NCBI RefSeq assembly: GCF_006345805.1
Contig: NC_043002.1
Location: forward strand, 43,896,001 to 43,960,000
Length of the DNA stretch: 64,000 nt
Origin: Octopus sinensis
Taxonomy: Eukaryota
Direction: 5' to 3'
Part shown: piece by piece, positions 12,732 to 24,973 of the stretch
How the letters are laid out: the number at the start of each line of letters is the position of its first letter
Numbering within the stretch: the first letter of the stretch is position 1
Position numbers and translations under genes: made by a program
The notes under the pieces: model-generated
Databases searched by the model: none
What the model saw: the letters and a program-made list of their open reading frames with translations, nothing else
What the model was told of the DNA's origin: nothing

Positions 12732-14619
12732 TTGGCTTCTTTTCAGTTTCATCAGTTTCATCATCATCATCATTGTTTAATGGCCACTTTCCATGCTGGC
12801 ATGAGTTAGATGGTTTGACATGGAGCTTTACCTACAAGGCTTTCCTGCACAATAAGAGGGAAACCAAAACCACATGGTTGGAAAGCATGCATCTCAACCA
12901 TGTAGCCATACTTGTTAATAATCCATCTGAAGCTTGAAATTGATTTTCACTTATTTTCATAGACCAGTGTGAAAAGGTTATTCCTATGGCCTTAGACTTT
13001 CATGGACTTGGGAATTAAGAGGAATAGGTGATGCTAGCATAAATAATTTTGAGTTTGATGCAATTCAGGAGTTAAAGGATATCAGTGAGTGAACATGGAG
13101 TTTCAGAATGATGCTGTTCTTTTAAGATAATATTTTGATAAAAATGTTAAATGTAAGATGAAGACCATCAGTCTGTATGTCTTACTTCACATGTATATAC
13201 TGCAGAAAGCCACAAAACTATGGCACTCTTCTCAAAAAAGTATTTCATAAAGAAGAATGTCAGTAGCGGATGAAAATCATCCAGCAATAGTGGTAGAATT
13301 ACTAAATCTGGATTTCTGCGCATTTGCACATCATCAGTAGCATTGCCTTCAATGCTGATAACTGAAATTATGATGACATGTTGCAAATTCAGGGTATATA
13401 CCAAAGTGAGAAACTTTTACTTGAGAAATATTATTATTCAGTAATGATAAATGGTTTTGGAAAAGCTGAAGTACTGTTCTTATATCATTGTAATAGGTAA
13501 ATATATTTGACACAAACATTAGCAGAATTTTGAAAATATGTAATATCTTACAAGTTAAAGATTCTTTTAGAGTATTGTCTTCTGTAATGTGACACAATTT
13601 TAGATTTTCTATATATATTATTTTGATTTTTGTCTCTGGAACTGTAATTAGGTATTCTATTCATTTGTATATATTTGTTTATATCTGCTTTTATGAAATA
13701 ATTATGATTAATTAATAGCTTTCATTTCAAGTGTTTATCAAATTTTAGTTTCGCCAGCATTTCTGAAAAGTGTAAATCTAACTAAAATTTATTGCACAGC
13801 AGTCTTATCAATGGAATAAAATAATAAGAAATAAAACAAAGCACAAATGTTTTCATATTATTTCAATTTCAGTTAATAAGAGCAGTTATGTTAAATGTTT
13901 ATCATTAGGTTAGAATTTTATCATTTTAAATCTCTTTGCAGCCATGAGGTTTCAAGTTCATTCCTACCTTGTGAATGAATTTGGTAGATAGAAACTGTGT
14001 GGAAGTCTGTTGGGATGTGTGTGTTTGTGTTTGTCCATCTCCCATCACTTGACAACCATTGTTGCTTTGTTTACATTCCTATACCTTAGTAGTTTAGTAA
14101 AGGACGTAATGGACTAAGTGCCTGATTTAAACATAAGTACTGGGATCCATTTGTTCATCTAGACCTTCCAAGGCTGTGCCCCAAATTGGTTACTGCCCAA
14201 TGTTTGAAAGCAGTAAAAGATAAAAGTATTTTCTGTTATGAGTCCATGAACTGACTATCATTTTTCTTCTTCTTAATCCTCTTCCTCTTCCAATTTTTAT
14301 AGTTTGTTTTGAAGTATTGATCACATTGTTTGCTATGAACTGCAATATATATGCAATGTACCATCTATTATATGTAATACATTTATTTGTGCGAGTGTTG
14401 TGATCTTTTCGTTCTGTGTTTGTCTTGATTAAGCAGACTTTTAATCAGAGGTATTCAAACTGTGACCATTTCGTTTATTTTTAGACAAGAAGGTAATTTT
14501 TAAAGTGATATGGCTGCTACTTTTAACAGGACAAGCAACTGCTTTCAGAGTAGATTTGATAGATAGAAACTTAAAGAATCTTTTCATATATACATGTGTA
14601 TATATATACATACATATAT

Positions 14620-15690
14620 ATGCCATGGAAAGATGGCTCATCTGGAAAAGCAGCTTAGACCCTGCTACATGTCTGAACTCAAGGACAGAACTTTTCGGGT
14701 CATGTCCATATGTCACCAAATTTTTGTCACGCTTTTGGTCCCCCCAAGACTACAGATAGAATTTGCTTTCTATATTGTGTCCACGCACAAGTTTTTTTTA
14801 TCTCATTATACCTTTTACTTTTATTTTATTTATATTTTTTATACATATATTTCTTACATATTATAGAGAATGTGGTTTATAGTTATATTTTTTTTACGCA
14901 TAAGTTTTTCTGTACTCTACCTTCCACCCTGTATTTTTCCCTGTGCCTATATAGACATGTATACAGAATCTTTTGTGTGCGAGTGTGGATGTGTGTGTAA
15001 GTGCGGGTATGTGTGTATATAGATGTGTGCATGCATGCGAGTATGTGCGTATATAAACGTATTTTACTCGGTTTTTACACATTTTTTTTTTTAGATGTAT
15101 GTATAATCCTTTTTTGTATTTGTGTGCGTATTTAGACGTGTGTGGGTATGTGCGTATATGAGCGTGTGTGTGTGCATAAGGGTATGTGTATATATAAGCG
15201 TGGTTTACTGTTTGTATACTTCCTTATGCCTTTTTTCTGTATTGTTACCCATAACCCTGTTTTTTCTTGTGCTTGTGCGTATTTAGACGTATGTATGAAC
15301 TTTTACAGTGCACGTATGTGTGTGTGTGGGTTTGTATGTATATGCATATACATTTAGTGAAGGATATGAGTGAAGATGTGTACGTTTTTCTAGTGAGGGT
15401 GGATGAATGTATGCGTACACATGTGAGTGTGCGGGCGCACATGTGTAGGTATGAACAAGTGCGCTTACGTGAATACTATGAACTTTTTACCCCCTTACCT
15501 TAATTAGCGGCCATTCGAATAGCTCTTTTGTCTTATAGCAGTCAATAACACAGTAATTTCCCTTTGTATAACGGTAATTTTTCATAGCGTTTTTCCGATG
15601 GCCGGATAACTGAAGAGATGGTGGCGTGGATTTCCACTTCGGCATCCGAAACTCGGAGTTTTATCTTGGCTACTGAATAATTGTTATATA
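14620..15690 (+). mobile_element. Penelope-like element 3' fragment: GIY-YIG C-terminal tail plus 3' terminal region
   Basis: ERWLIWKSSLDPATCLNSRTELFGSCPYVTKF fits the PLE C-terminal pattern EKxxI...LNxRxELxxxCxHxxKF. It sits between (TA)n tracts and ends in a hammerhead motif. Confidence 0.75.
15601..15670 (+). ncRNA. Type I hammerhead ribozyme (Penelope-associated)
   Basis: Stem I gccggataa/ttatct(t)ggc; core CTGAAGA 15610-15616; stem II gatg...catc with inner gtgga/tccac hairpin; GAAA 15648-15651; quasi-palindromic stem III actc-g-gagt; NUH triplet GUU, predicted cleavage after 15660. Confidence 0.72.
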
Positions 15691-15720
15691 TTACATTTAC
15701 AGATATATATATATATATAT

Positions 15721-16183
15721 GTGCTTTTTACGTGCCACCGGCACGGGGGCCAGGCAAGGCTGGCAACGGCCACGAACGGATGGTGCTTTTTACGTGTCAC
15801 CGGCACGGAGGCCAGTCGGGGCGGAGCTGGCAATGGCCACAATCGGAAGTAAGCGAACCATCCGATCGTGGCTGTTGCCAGTGCCGCCCCTACTGGCCTC
15901 CGTGCCGGTGACACATAAAAAGCACCATCTGTTCGTGGCCGTTGGCAGCCTTGCCTGGCCCCCGTGCCAATGGCACGTAAAAAGCACCATCCGATCGTGG
16001 CCGGTGGCACGTAAAAAGCACCCACTACACTCACGGAGTGGTTGACGTTAGGAAGGGCATCCAGCCGTAGAAACACTGCCAGATCAGACTGGGTCTGATG
16101 CAGCCTTCTGGCTTCACAGACCCCAGTTGAACCGTCCAACTCATGCTAGCATGGAAAGCGGTCACTAAACGATGATGATGATG
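15721..16183 (+). mobile_element. RTE 3'-UTR retrocopy whose 5' part (15721-15846) is inverted
   Basis: Tandem gtggcacgtaaaaagcacc units and (GAT)n tail. The first ~125 bp are an approximate reverse complement of 15861-15987. Confidence 0.82.
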
Positions 16184-17513
16184 ATATATATATAGATGTG
16201 TGTGTGTATGTGTGTATCTATGTTTGTGCCCGCACACGTACACTTCTGTCTCCTTATCTTGACATTGCATGATAGCTGTAAATAAGCCTCACCATTGTCA
16301 TACAGTGTCCTTCATTTTCAATCTTCCTTGACACTCTCAAGCCATGGGGAAATATTACTTTACTTGGAAAAATGTGGGTTGGTAAAAAGAATGATATCTG
16401 ACTGTACTGTAGCGAATCTGCCTCAGCAAATTCTGTCCAATCTATTTCAGCATGGAAAAGTGGACATTAAGACAACAATGTTGAAGTTTTTAGAAGTTAG
16501 AAGTTCCAGAATATGCATGGGGAGAGGAAAAGTGACAGAATGATGCTTTACCGGTGGGATAATATTGAGCCAAATATTATATGTAGGAGATGATCTGTTG
16601 CAGATTGTAAAAGAGAGAGAAGGGACTGGAATAGAATTTATTAGTTTGCAAAAGCCAGAGCTGCTTTTTAGTGCTAAAAGGCAAACAAGATCTTAGACAT
16701 TTTAACCAGTAATTGACAGGTTTTGTTGTAACTTAATCCAGCATATTTTTATTTGTTTTGTATGTGGATAAACATAAGAAATTCTTGTGGGTTGTACTTG
16801 TTCTTTGTAAATTGATGATAAAACTCATTATTCTTTAAAACTGTTGTCTTTTTTTTTTCTTTGCTTTTGGTTTTTGTATGGTGAGAACCTCTTCAAATGT
16901 AGTTGAATAAATAAAAGGAGACACCTCTTAGAAATGACACCTTAATCTGATAATAAAACAAGCACTTCGTTTTATTTTGATACTTCAAAGCTTACAAAGG
17001 ATGCTATTCAAATTAACAGGTTTATTGGAAAGATATGTAACCTGAAATAAGTTGATTTTCGTCTTTAACTTAATTGGAAGTTTAAGATACATAGATCTGT
17101 TTAGGTCAAAGATTTTTTTTTCTTTTCACTCCTTGCTTACATTGTATGTCAGTGTTTTGCTATCTCCTAGCCAGGATAGTTGTAAATGGATGTCACTGTC
17201 ATGCAGGTGATATCCTTTGTTCCTAATTATTTTTCTTGTAAACACATCTGGGAAAATATTACCTTAGTGAGGGTTGGTGACAGGAAGGTCATCTGGGTGT
17301 AGAAAATCAGCTCCAACAGAAATTCCATCCAACCAATGACAGCATGGAAAAAAGGGTGTAAAAATGATGATGATGATATTTATTCATTACATTCTACCTT
17401 CAAATTTTATTGTTGCTGTAAAATGTTTTGCAACGTTTTGAGGGTCAGTGAATTAAGTGTTAAAAGAGGATCAATAAAATAAGTACTAGAGAAGATCAAT
17501 AAGTTAACTACTA

Positions 17514-17910
17514 GGAGCAGGAGTGGCTGTGTGGTAAGTAGCTTGCTTACCAACCACATGGTTCTGGGTTTAGTCCCACTGCGTGGCACCTTGGACAAGT
17601 CTCTTCTACTATAGCCTCGGGCTAACTAAAGCCTTGTGAGTGGATTTGGTAGACGGAAACTGAAAGAAGCCCGTCATATGTATGTGTGTGTGTATGTGTT
17701 TCTGTGTCTGTGTTTGTTCCCCCAGCATCGCTTGACAACCGATGCTTGTGTGTTTACGTCCCCGTAGCTTAGCGGTTAGGCAAAAGAGACTGACAGAATA
17801 AGTACTAGGCTTACAAAGAATATGTCCTGGGGTCGATTTGTTTGACTAAAGTGGGTACTCCAGCATGGCCACAGTCAAATGACTGAAACAAGTAAAAGAG
17901 TAAAAGAGTG
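17514..17910 (+). mobile_element. Full-length tRNA-derived SINE family A with an internal (TG)n tract
   Basis: A-box gtggctgtgtggt, B-box gggtttagtccc, tail aaaagagtaaaagag. Colinear with 34534-34990. Confidence 0.9.
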
Positions 17911-18539
17911 CTAAAAAAATCATCAATAAGATAAGTACTTGAGTGAATCAACAAAATATGTACAAGACAAAAATAAAATAAGTTTTAGAAAAGATCTGCT
18001 AGAGCAGTTGAATAACATATGGAGAGGATTAGTAGAATGAGTATGAAAGAGGATTAATAAAGTACACACAAAAAAAAAAATGAAATAAGTACTAGAGGAG
18101 ATCAGTAAGATAGGCACCAGAGAGAATCAGTTAAATAATACTGAAGATCATCAGTAAGAAAATACTAGAAAGCTTTAATGAAATAGTACTAGAGGTGACT
18201 AAAGGTGACTGCTTGAGGTAAATAAGTACTTGTTATATCTGTATCATCATCATCATCATCATCGTTTAGCATCCGCTTTCCATGCTAGCATGGGTTGGAT
18301 GGTTCAACTGGGGTCTGGGAAGCCAGAAGGCTGCACCAGGCCCAGTTTGATCTGGCAATGTTTCTACGGCTGGATGCCCTTCCCTATAAAAAAATTTATA
18401 AATCTCTGTTATAGAAGGCTCTTCTGTTTTCTTTTTGCAGTACACTGACTGTAATAAGATTCTGAACTTGAGGTTAACGCTCAGTTTTCATTAATGCTAA
18501 TGATATTTTGCTGATTCTTGTATTTATTTCATGACTACA

Positions 18540-19190
18540 ATCTCCATCCATTGTCATTTTGGTACCTAAATAACTTCAACATTTGTGATTGGTTTGTCAT
18601 TCAAAGTCACATGGTCAGCATCTGTTATGTTTTTACAAAGGGTGTACATTTTTTTCTCATTGATTTTGAGGCCTATGATATTGGGTATTTGACTAAGTCT
18701 TTCAGATTTGTCTTGTAACTCTTGAGGCATGTATGTTAAACTTGATAAGGAAATCATCAATACTCAGCTAGAGCACCAAAATATGATTTTACAAAAGCAA
18801 CATACTTAACAGCCTCCTCTATGGATCCGAATGTTGGAAAACAACCAAAACTATTGAAAAGAAATTGGAGGCGTTTTAAAATATATGGTTATGAAAAATT
18901 TTGAAGGTCTACTAGCTGAATATGATTTTGAATAGCCAAGGCTGATGTGAAACCATTAAGAGAAACTGTTGAAGCAAGGAGACGGAAATGGTTGGGTCAA
19001 GTTTGTTGCTATAAACTGAACTCAATTGTCAGGATTGCTTTGCAATGGGTTCCACATGGTAAAAGAATACATTGCCAACTAAAGGAAGCATGGCAGCAAG
19101 GAGCTTTCAGAGTTAAAAGATGGAATGATCTTGCTATTGCTTCAAGTGCCACAAGGCACAGTGAGAACCAAATGAATGAATGATATTTTG
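18540..19190 (+). mobile_element. Old RTE-type LINE relic with a 5' inversion
   Basis: Minus strand 18566-18760 encodes QELQDKSERL...IGLKINEKK. Plus strand from ~18800 encodes LNSLLYGSECWKTTKTIEKKLEAF...RRRKWLGQV...ALQWVPHGKR. Confidence 0.72.
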
Positions 19191-19322
19191 ATAGTCAATT
19201 AACAAGATGTAGTTGATTTATTAATAAGGTAATTTATTGATGTCATTACTTACCTTATATAAACAAATGTCAAGAAACATTATTATCTGGATTTTATTTG
19301 ATACTTAAAATGGCACTATTAA

Positions 19323-20400
19323 CCCTTTCATTACTATATTTCTGACCAAAATACACCCCTTATGTGTTTCAATTAATTTCTAACATAATCATAAATTTAG
19401 TCAGGTTTCATTAAACAACTATAACTTTTTTATTTATCAATATATTAATGTGATTTTCGGAAGATAATTTAATGAAATGTTCTCAACCAATTCTATACTA
19501 TAATTTTTGTCACAAAGTGACTCTAATTGCAGGTAGATACAGGTAAATTCAACAAAATATAAAATTATTAAAATTTTGTTCAAACAGCGCTATAGAAAAT
19601 GGGTTATTAGCTAATATTCAATTGGGTATACAACAAAATTTTACGATAGAATTTGTTATTCTGGGTAACTTTCTGATACCCATAATAATATTTATGGCAA
19701 AATAGTCTTAATTTCATTTAAGGTTGTGGGAAACCACTAACTATCCTTTCTTTCGCTTTGTTTACATTTAGCGTAATGGTTCGTTTCCGCCGTAATGATT
19801 TCAAATAGGCTCATTCGAAAAAGTAAAAAGAAATAGTCTAAGGCTTTATTCTCCTGGGAAAGTCTGTGGCTTAGTCCAGTTTCTTCAGAAAAATCACTGA
19901 AAGAAACAGTTTTTAAATTTTCACTCCATTCAGGTGCCAATTCGTTTTCTTTATCGCTGTCGGAGCTCTCGGATTCACTGTTTTCACTATCGGAAAATGA
20001 AACATCAGATTCATTATCAAATACCACATGCTTTTTTTTTTTCAGTCATAGAGTTAGATTTATCAAGGTCTTCAGTAGAAAATCCTTCGAATTCTGACTC
20101 GCTGCTTGATATAATGAAATTCATATCCATTTTTTGTCAGAATTACAAATTTTGAAAACACAATAGGAACAAATTTCAGAAAAAAATCTCCCAAATTTCA
20201 CGGAATTAAAATTACACTTCGATTCTTGTACAAAACTGTAGATGAACTGTTTACGAAGTATAATACATGTTTTCACGAATGTGCTAAAGAGATTTGCTCT
20301 GATATTCTCATTTAAATATGAATAGGTAAATACGGGCGGGTTTGGTCACATTAACCAAAATTTTTTTCGGGTGGCTTTGGGCGGTTTGGTAACGAAAGGG
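19323..20400 (-). mobile_element. Internally deleted piggyBac transposon retaining the transposase N-terminus
   Basis: TTAA at 19319-19322 and 20401-20404. 12-bp TIR ccctttcattac/gtaacgaaaggg. ORF 19737-20027 has an acidic N-terminus and LDYFFLLF...FEIITAETNHYAK, the piggyBac pattern. Confidence 0.9.
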
Positions 20401-21329
20401 TTAATCATTGTTCCTCTCTTTTTGCTTGGGCATTTCAAATTTACAAGATTGCTTTTTGTATCCATCATCAAATCTTAGCTTGTTTTTGTTTCATTTTTCT
20501 CTTCCAATTACTGTTTATATATTCTTTGCTTTGGTATTTACTATCATTTCATTGATATTTTAAAGTATTATGGCTCATTTTCATAATATTTAAATAATAA
20601 ATAATATTATATACCGTGTGTAATTTGAAATCACTGTCTTAATTCCGAAACTCAGCATATCTTTCAACTTCACATTCCAACAATATTTTCCCACCTTTTT
20701 TTTTTCTTTCTTTTTCCATTATTCACTCTTTCCTTCAGTATTATGTTATTGTATATGAATACACATTTTATACGTTTGAACATCTACGGCTGTCTAGACT
20801 CATATAATCATTGTCTGCATCTTAGTGTTTTCAAGAAACTGATTTAGAAATTACCTTGTTTGATGGTCATGTATAGTGAATAGTAAATTAGAGCCAAAGT
20901 GGAAAAAAAACAAAAAACAAAGAAGTCAGGTAACTAAGAAATTAAGCGAGTTCTATGGTCTGCTTTGAAAATTGATATTGTTACTAAATAGGTTGCTGCA
21001 GGTGTATTTAACTAAAGTATTTAGAAGTAAACTTTTACTTTTTGTTTCTATGACTAAAAAGTATAGACTATTGTAACTGTATTATAATACTATAGAGTAT
21101 TATAAAAGTAATCAAGATGACCTTAGAAATGGTTGGTAGTCTATGATTCATTAAAAGAGTGCATTATTTTCATTTGTATGTAATTTTCATTTATAGACTA
21201 TTGAGGACAAGAAAGCCATATTTGGTTTTTGATTATGTGAATTCACCTTGAGCAGGTATAGAAACTAACTGAGAAACTAAGTTTGTTCGTTATGTTTATG
21301 CAATCACAATTTGTAAAAATCGGTTGTGC

Positions 21330-23060
21330 TGACTATTTCAATTTCCATAAGTATCAGATACATCCAGGCATCTCTCTCCCTAACTCATCACATTCTGTCA
21401 GCTCCATAACCAGTGTCATCAAATCAGCTGACAAAGGCAAGGCATTTGTGGTTGGCATATTGAACTCTACAGAGAGAAGACTCTCTATTGACCATAAGTT
21501 CTATAACACTAGAGACTACCCAGGGACTGCATCCTTCATTGTCATAAAGTACACAGCTATACACCAACACATCTACATTTTTCTGGTTCTATTCACATCC
21601 ACCTATCTCATTATTCAATCCATTGGACCTCTGAACATCTACTTCCTCCTGGAACTTCACAGTCCTTATAACCATCATTTACTGTCCTAATTTGCAGTGA
21701 GTTCACTAAACTCTAGCTACCACAACAACCTCATGGTGCCCTTCAATACTGCCTTCTGATTGCACATCAAAAATATCATCCTTACTCTGACCCTCCTAAG
21801 TCCTGTTCACCATGAATATAAAATCTTTTTATACCATCATCCCCGATGTCAACTATCTCTCAGCCCTGGAGTTGTTTTTTATTTCTTTTTATTTACCACA
21901 CCAACTTGAACTTAGCACACCTATACTTCTCCTCACAGAATTCATCTTCACTTAAAATTGCTTTTCCTTCTCCAGTGGAAGCGCAGTAGTCGAGGGTACC
22001 AAGATAAACTGCCAACTATGCTAACTTATTTGTAGGTTACAATTAAGACTCAAATTTTCACCCAATTCTCAAGAACCTGAGCTATGTAGTCACTTTATCA
22101 AAGTTTGTATAAGCACTAGAGAGCAACTCATCTCCTTTATCATTTTAGTTAACTATTTCATCTCAACACTCAAATTTACACCCACCATTTTTACTACCCT
22201 TGTCAGCATCCTAGATATTTCTATTTCTATCAAAGTAATCCATTCCGCTATGCTTTTAATCAATAAACTCTGACTCGTGTCTTGACTTTTATTCCTCACA
22301 TTCCTAAAACATCAAATCTGCCATCCCCTTCTCAGTTTCTCTGACTCTACCTGCTTTTGTAGTGGAACCTCTGACTTTGATATCTGCTCAGAGCAAATCA
22401 ATCACTTTATTTTTTTATACAATTCTCCCTGTCTTTCCTGGATGCTGCCTTTCACCTACTTCAAGCCATCTGCTGAGCAACTGCACTTCTGCCATTCACT
22501 TACTCACTTGGTGACCAGATTAAAATTCCACCTTCTGAACCAGCAACTTCAACATTCCCCACTCCCACTTTATACACTCCACTTACTACAGCTGGACCCT
22601 GTAATCAGTTGAATCTTACTGCAGCCTCCAACTCATCTCCTAAGGGACCAAATATCTATATGACCTTCTGGTCAAGGTTTCCATTATCTCTAGCCCTGCC
22701 CAGCTGGGAACCTCCACTTGTTCTTATCCCCAATATCATATGTGCCTGTTTGTCTCCCAAACCAGTTTTCTACAAAATTGACCACTTTCACTTTGCCTCC
22801 TAACCTAAAACATTTTATAGCCTGAATGTTCTACAAAGCAATGTACAGAACCATGGTGGAGCACCAGTTGAATGTTTGGTTCTGTAAATATCTGCTACTT
22901 TTCTGTAATAGTAGCCAGTGAGTCCTCATACCCAGAGTTAGTCACTTTAGCTCATACTCTCCAATGACCATCTCAGTCTCTGGTGCTTGTTAGTACAATG
23001 GCTCAAATGTCACAACACAAGGAAAAAATGTTTCATTTTCATGAAGAGTATCTCTTCTAG
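21330..23060 (+). mobile_element. Highly degenerate Penelope-like element (RT to GIY-YIG)
   Basis: VIKSADKGKAFVV at ~21410 and GTK..ANYANLFVGY at ~22000. C-rich strand. Many stops. Confidence 0.75.
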
Positions 23061-24939
23061 GAAGAATAAAAACATAATGCCTCAATCTCCTTTGATTCTA
23101 CCTTTGACAGCACTACAAAGATAGCAATGCTTTTATATGTTGATTTCACAACTTTCAGTTTTAAATTGTCCACAAACTCAAATAACTTTGAAATTCTTAA
23201 CTTTAGGAAAACAGCTGAGAGAACTGTTTTAATACTATTTTTCTTGTCATATCTCCTGTCTACATTAAATAGTTTGCCAAATAGAGTAATATAATATGCA
23301 TCGCTTGTCAAATAACATATTGCAATATATTAAATGTTGAAATTTATTTACATAAATAATAATAGAAACTTGGTTTTGATTTTAAGTTTTAGAATTTCTT
23401 GAGTTTTTTTTTTCCATTTTTGGTATTAAAGATGCTCAGTAACCACCACACTACCTTGTCATTAGGTTGAATATTTTTTTTCAAATTCCAAAATTCTTAT
23501 TATATTCATTTCGTTTTTCTTTTTCTAAACTGTGAATATTTAATCATTATTCGAATGATATTAAAAAATAAAAGACAGAAAGGGAAGTTATGTTTATCAC
23601 AAGTCAAGAGTTTGTCACATTTTTAGACTAAAACTCCTCCACATTATTGTTATAGTGAAAACATTTACTCTTCAGTTTCTGATTTAATCTTTCATTGTTA
23701 CACATCTAAATTTATGTGATAATTATTAATACAAAGAGTGTGCTGATTTTTTTCAGTTGGTTTCAGTACTTGGTTAGGGTGATTTCACTGTGTTTATATT
23801 TCTAATGTTTTTTAAGAACGATAACTTTGTTTCATGCTTGTAATTTGAAAGAAATAAAGGCATCCCAATGTAAAAATCATGCCAAAACAGACCTTACCAG
23901 TGCTAGTACCATGTAAAAAGCACTAGGTCCACTCAGTAAGGGAGCTGGCATTAAGAAGGACATCCAGCCATTAAAACCAAGCAAAACAGACCATGAAGCT
24001 TGGTGCAGTCGTTTGGCTTGCCAGCTCCTATCAAACCATTCAACCCATGTCAGCATAGAAAACAGACATTAAATGATGATGGTGATAATGTCACACACAC
24101 ACACACACAGATATGTATACTATGGGCTTCTACAGAGCCTGTATCTACCAAACTCATTCAGTCATAAGCCACTAGTCAACCTGGGGCCATAGTAAAAGAA
24201 ACCTGCTCAAAGTTTTGCACAGTGGGACTGAACTTGAAACTATGTGGCTGCAAAGTAAGGTTCTCAACTACACACACACATACCAGTGCCAACATGCATA
24301 TATAGTTTATATTTATAACTCAATATTTATGTGGTTTATACACTACTGAATGTATACAGCATGCATATACAAATCTATAAATAACCAAAAGCAGAAGATA
24401 ATTATACTCCTTTATCTATTTTGTCTTATATACTTCAACTTTCGAGTAGATGCTCATGTAAATACTGCTCATTGATGAGTCTTTAAAACTAATGAATTAA
24501 AGTTTTGAAAACAGAATAAAAGAAGCAAACAACTTCTCGCAATCACTAAAAAAAGCAAAAAGGATTGCACAATAATGCTCTAATGTTTCTAGCATAGTAA
24601 TTTGTCTTTTTTTTTTATTTTGACTTTGCTGACTCTGGTCTGGACAATTAGCAACTAAACTCCATTCAATCAATTCATTAGGTATTTTAGGACACTTTGT
24701 CCACAATAAAAACAAGATGATCACAGCTATCACTATACCATAGGTTTTTGAAACATATCTAACTGGAGAATGCTTGACAAAGACAAATATCAAGAGAAAC
24801 AAGAAAAAACTACTGCATTTCTTTCAAAAAGAATATTTTAAAAATTGTTTATATTTAGTTAACAGGTATAGCTTTTGTTAAGCTACAACCTCAAACTAGA
24901 GTGTGTCAAAGTGTTGTTTATTCCATGGCCATCATATAC

Positions 24940-24973
<34 letters not shown>

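Noticed and set aside
21197-21256. Possible extra host exon (tttatag ... caggtatag)
   Set aside because: Stop codons in all three frames.
24497-24802. 101-aa minus-strand ORF with a hydrophobic stretch
   Set aside because: No recognisable domain, non-ATG start and no splice support.
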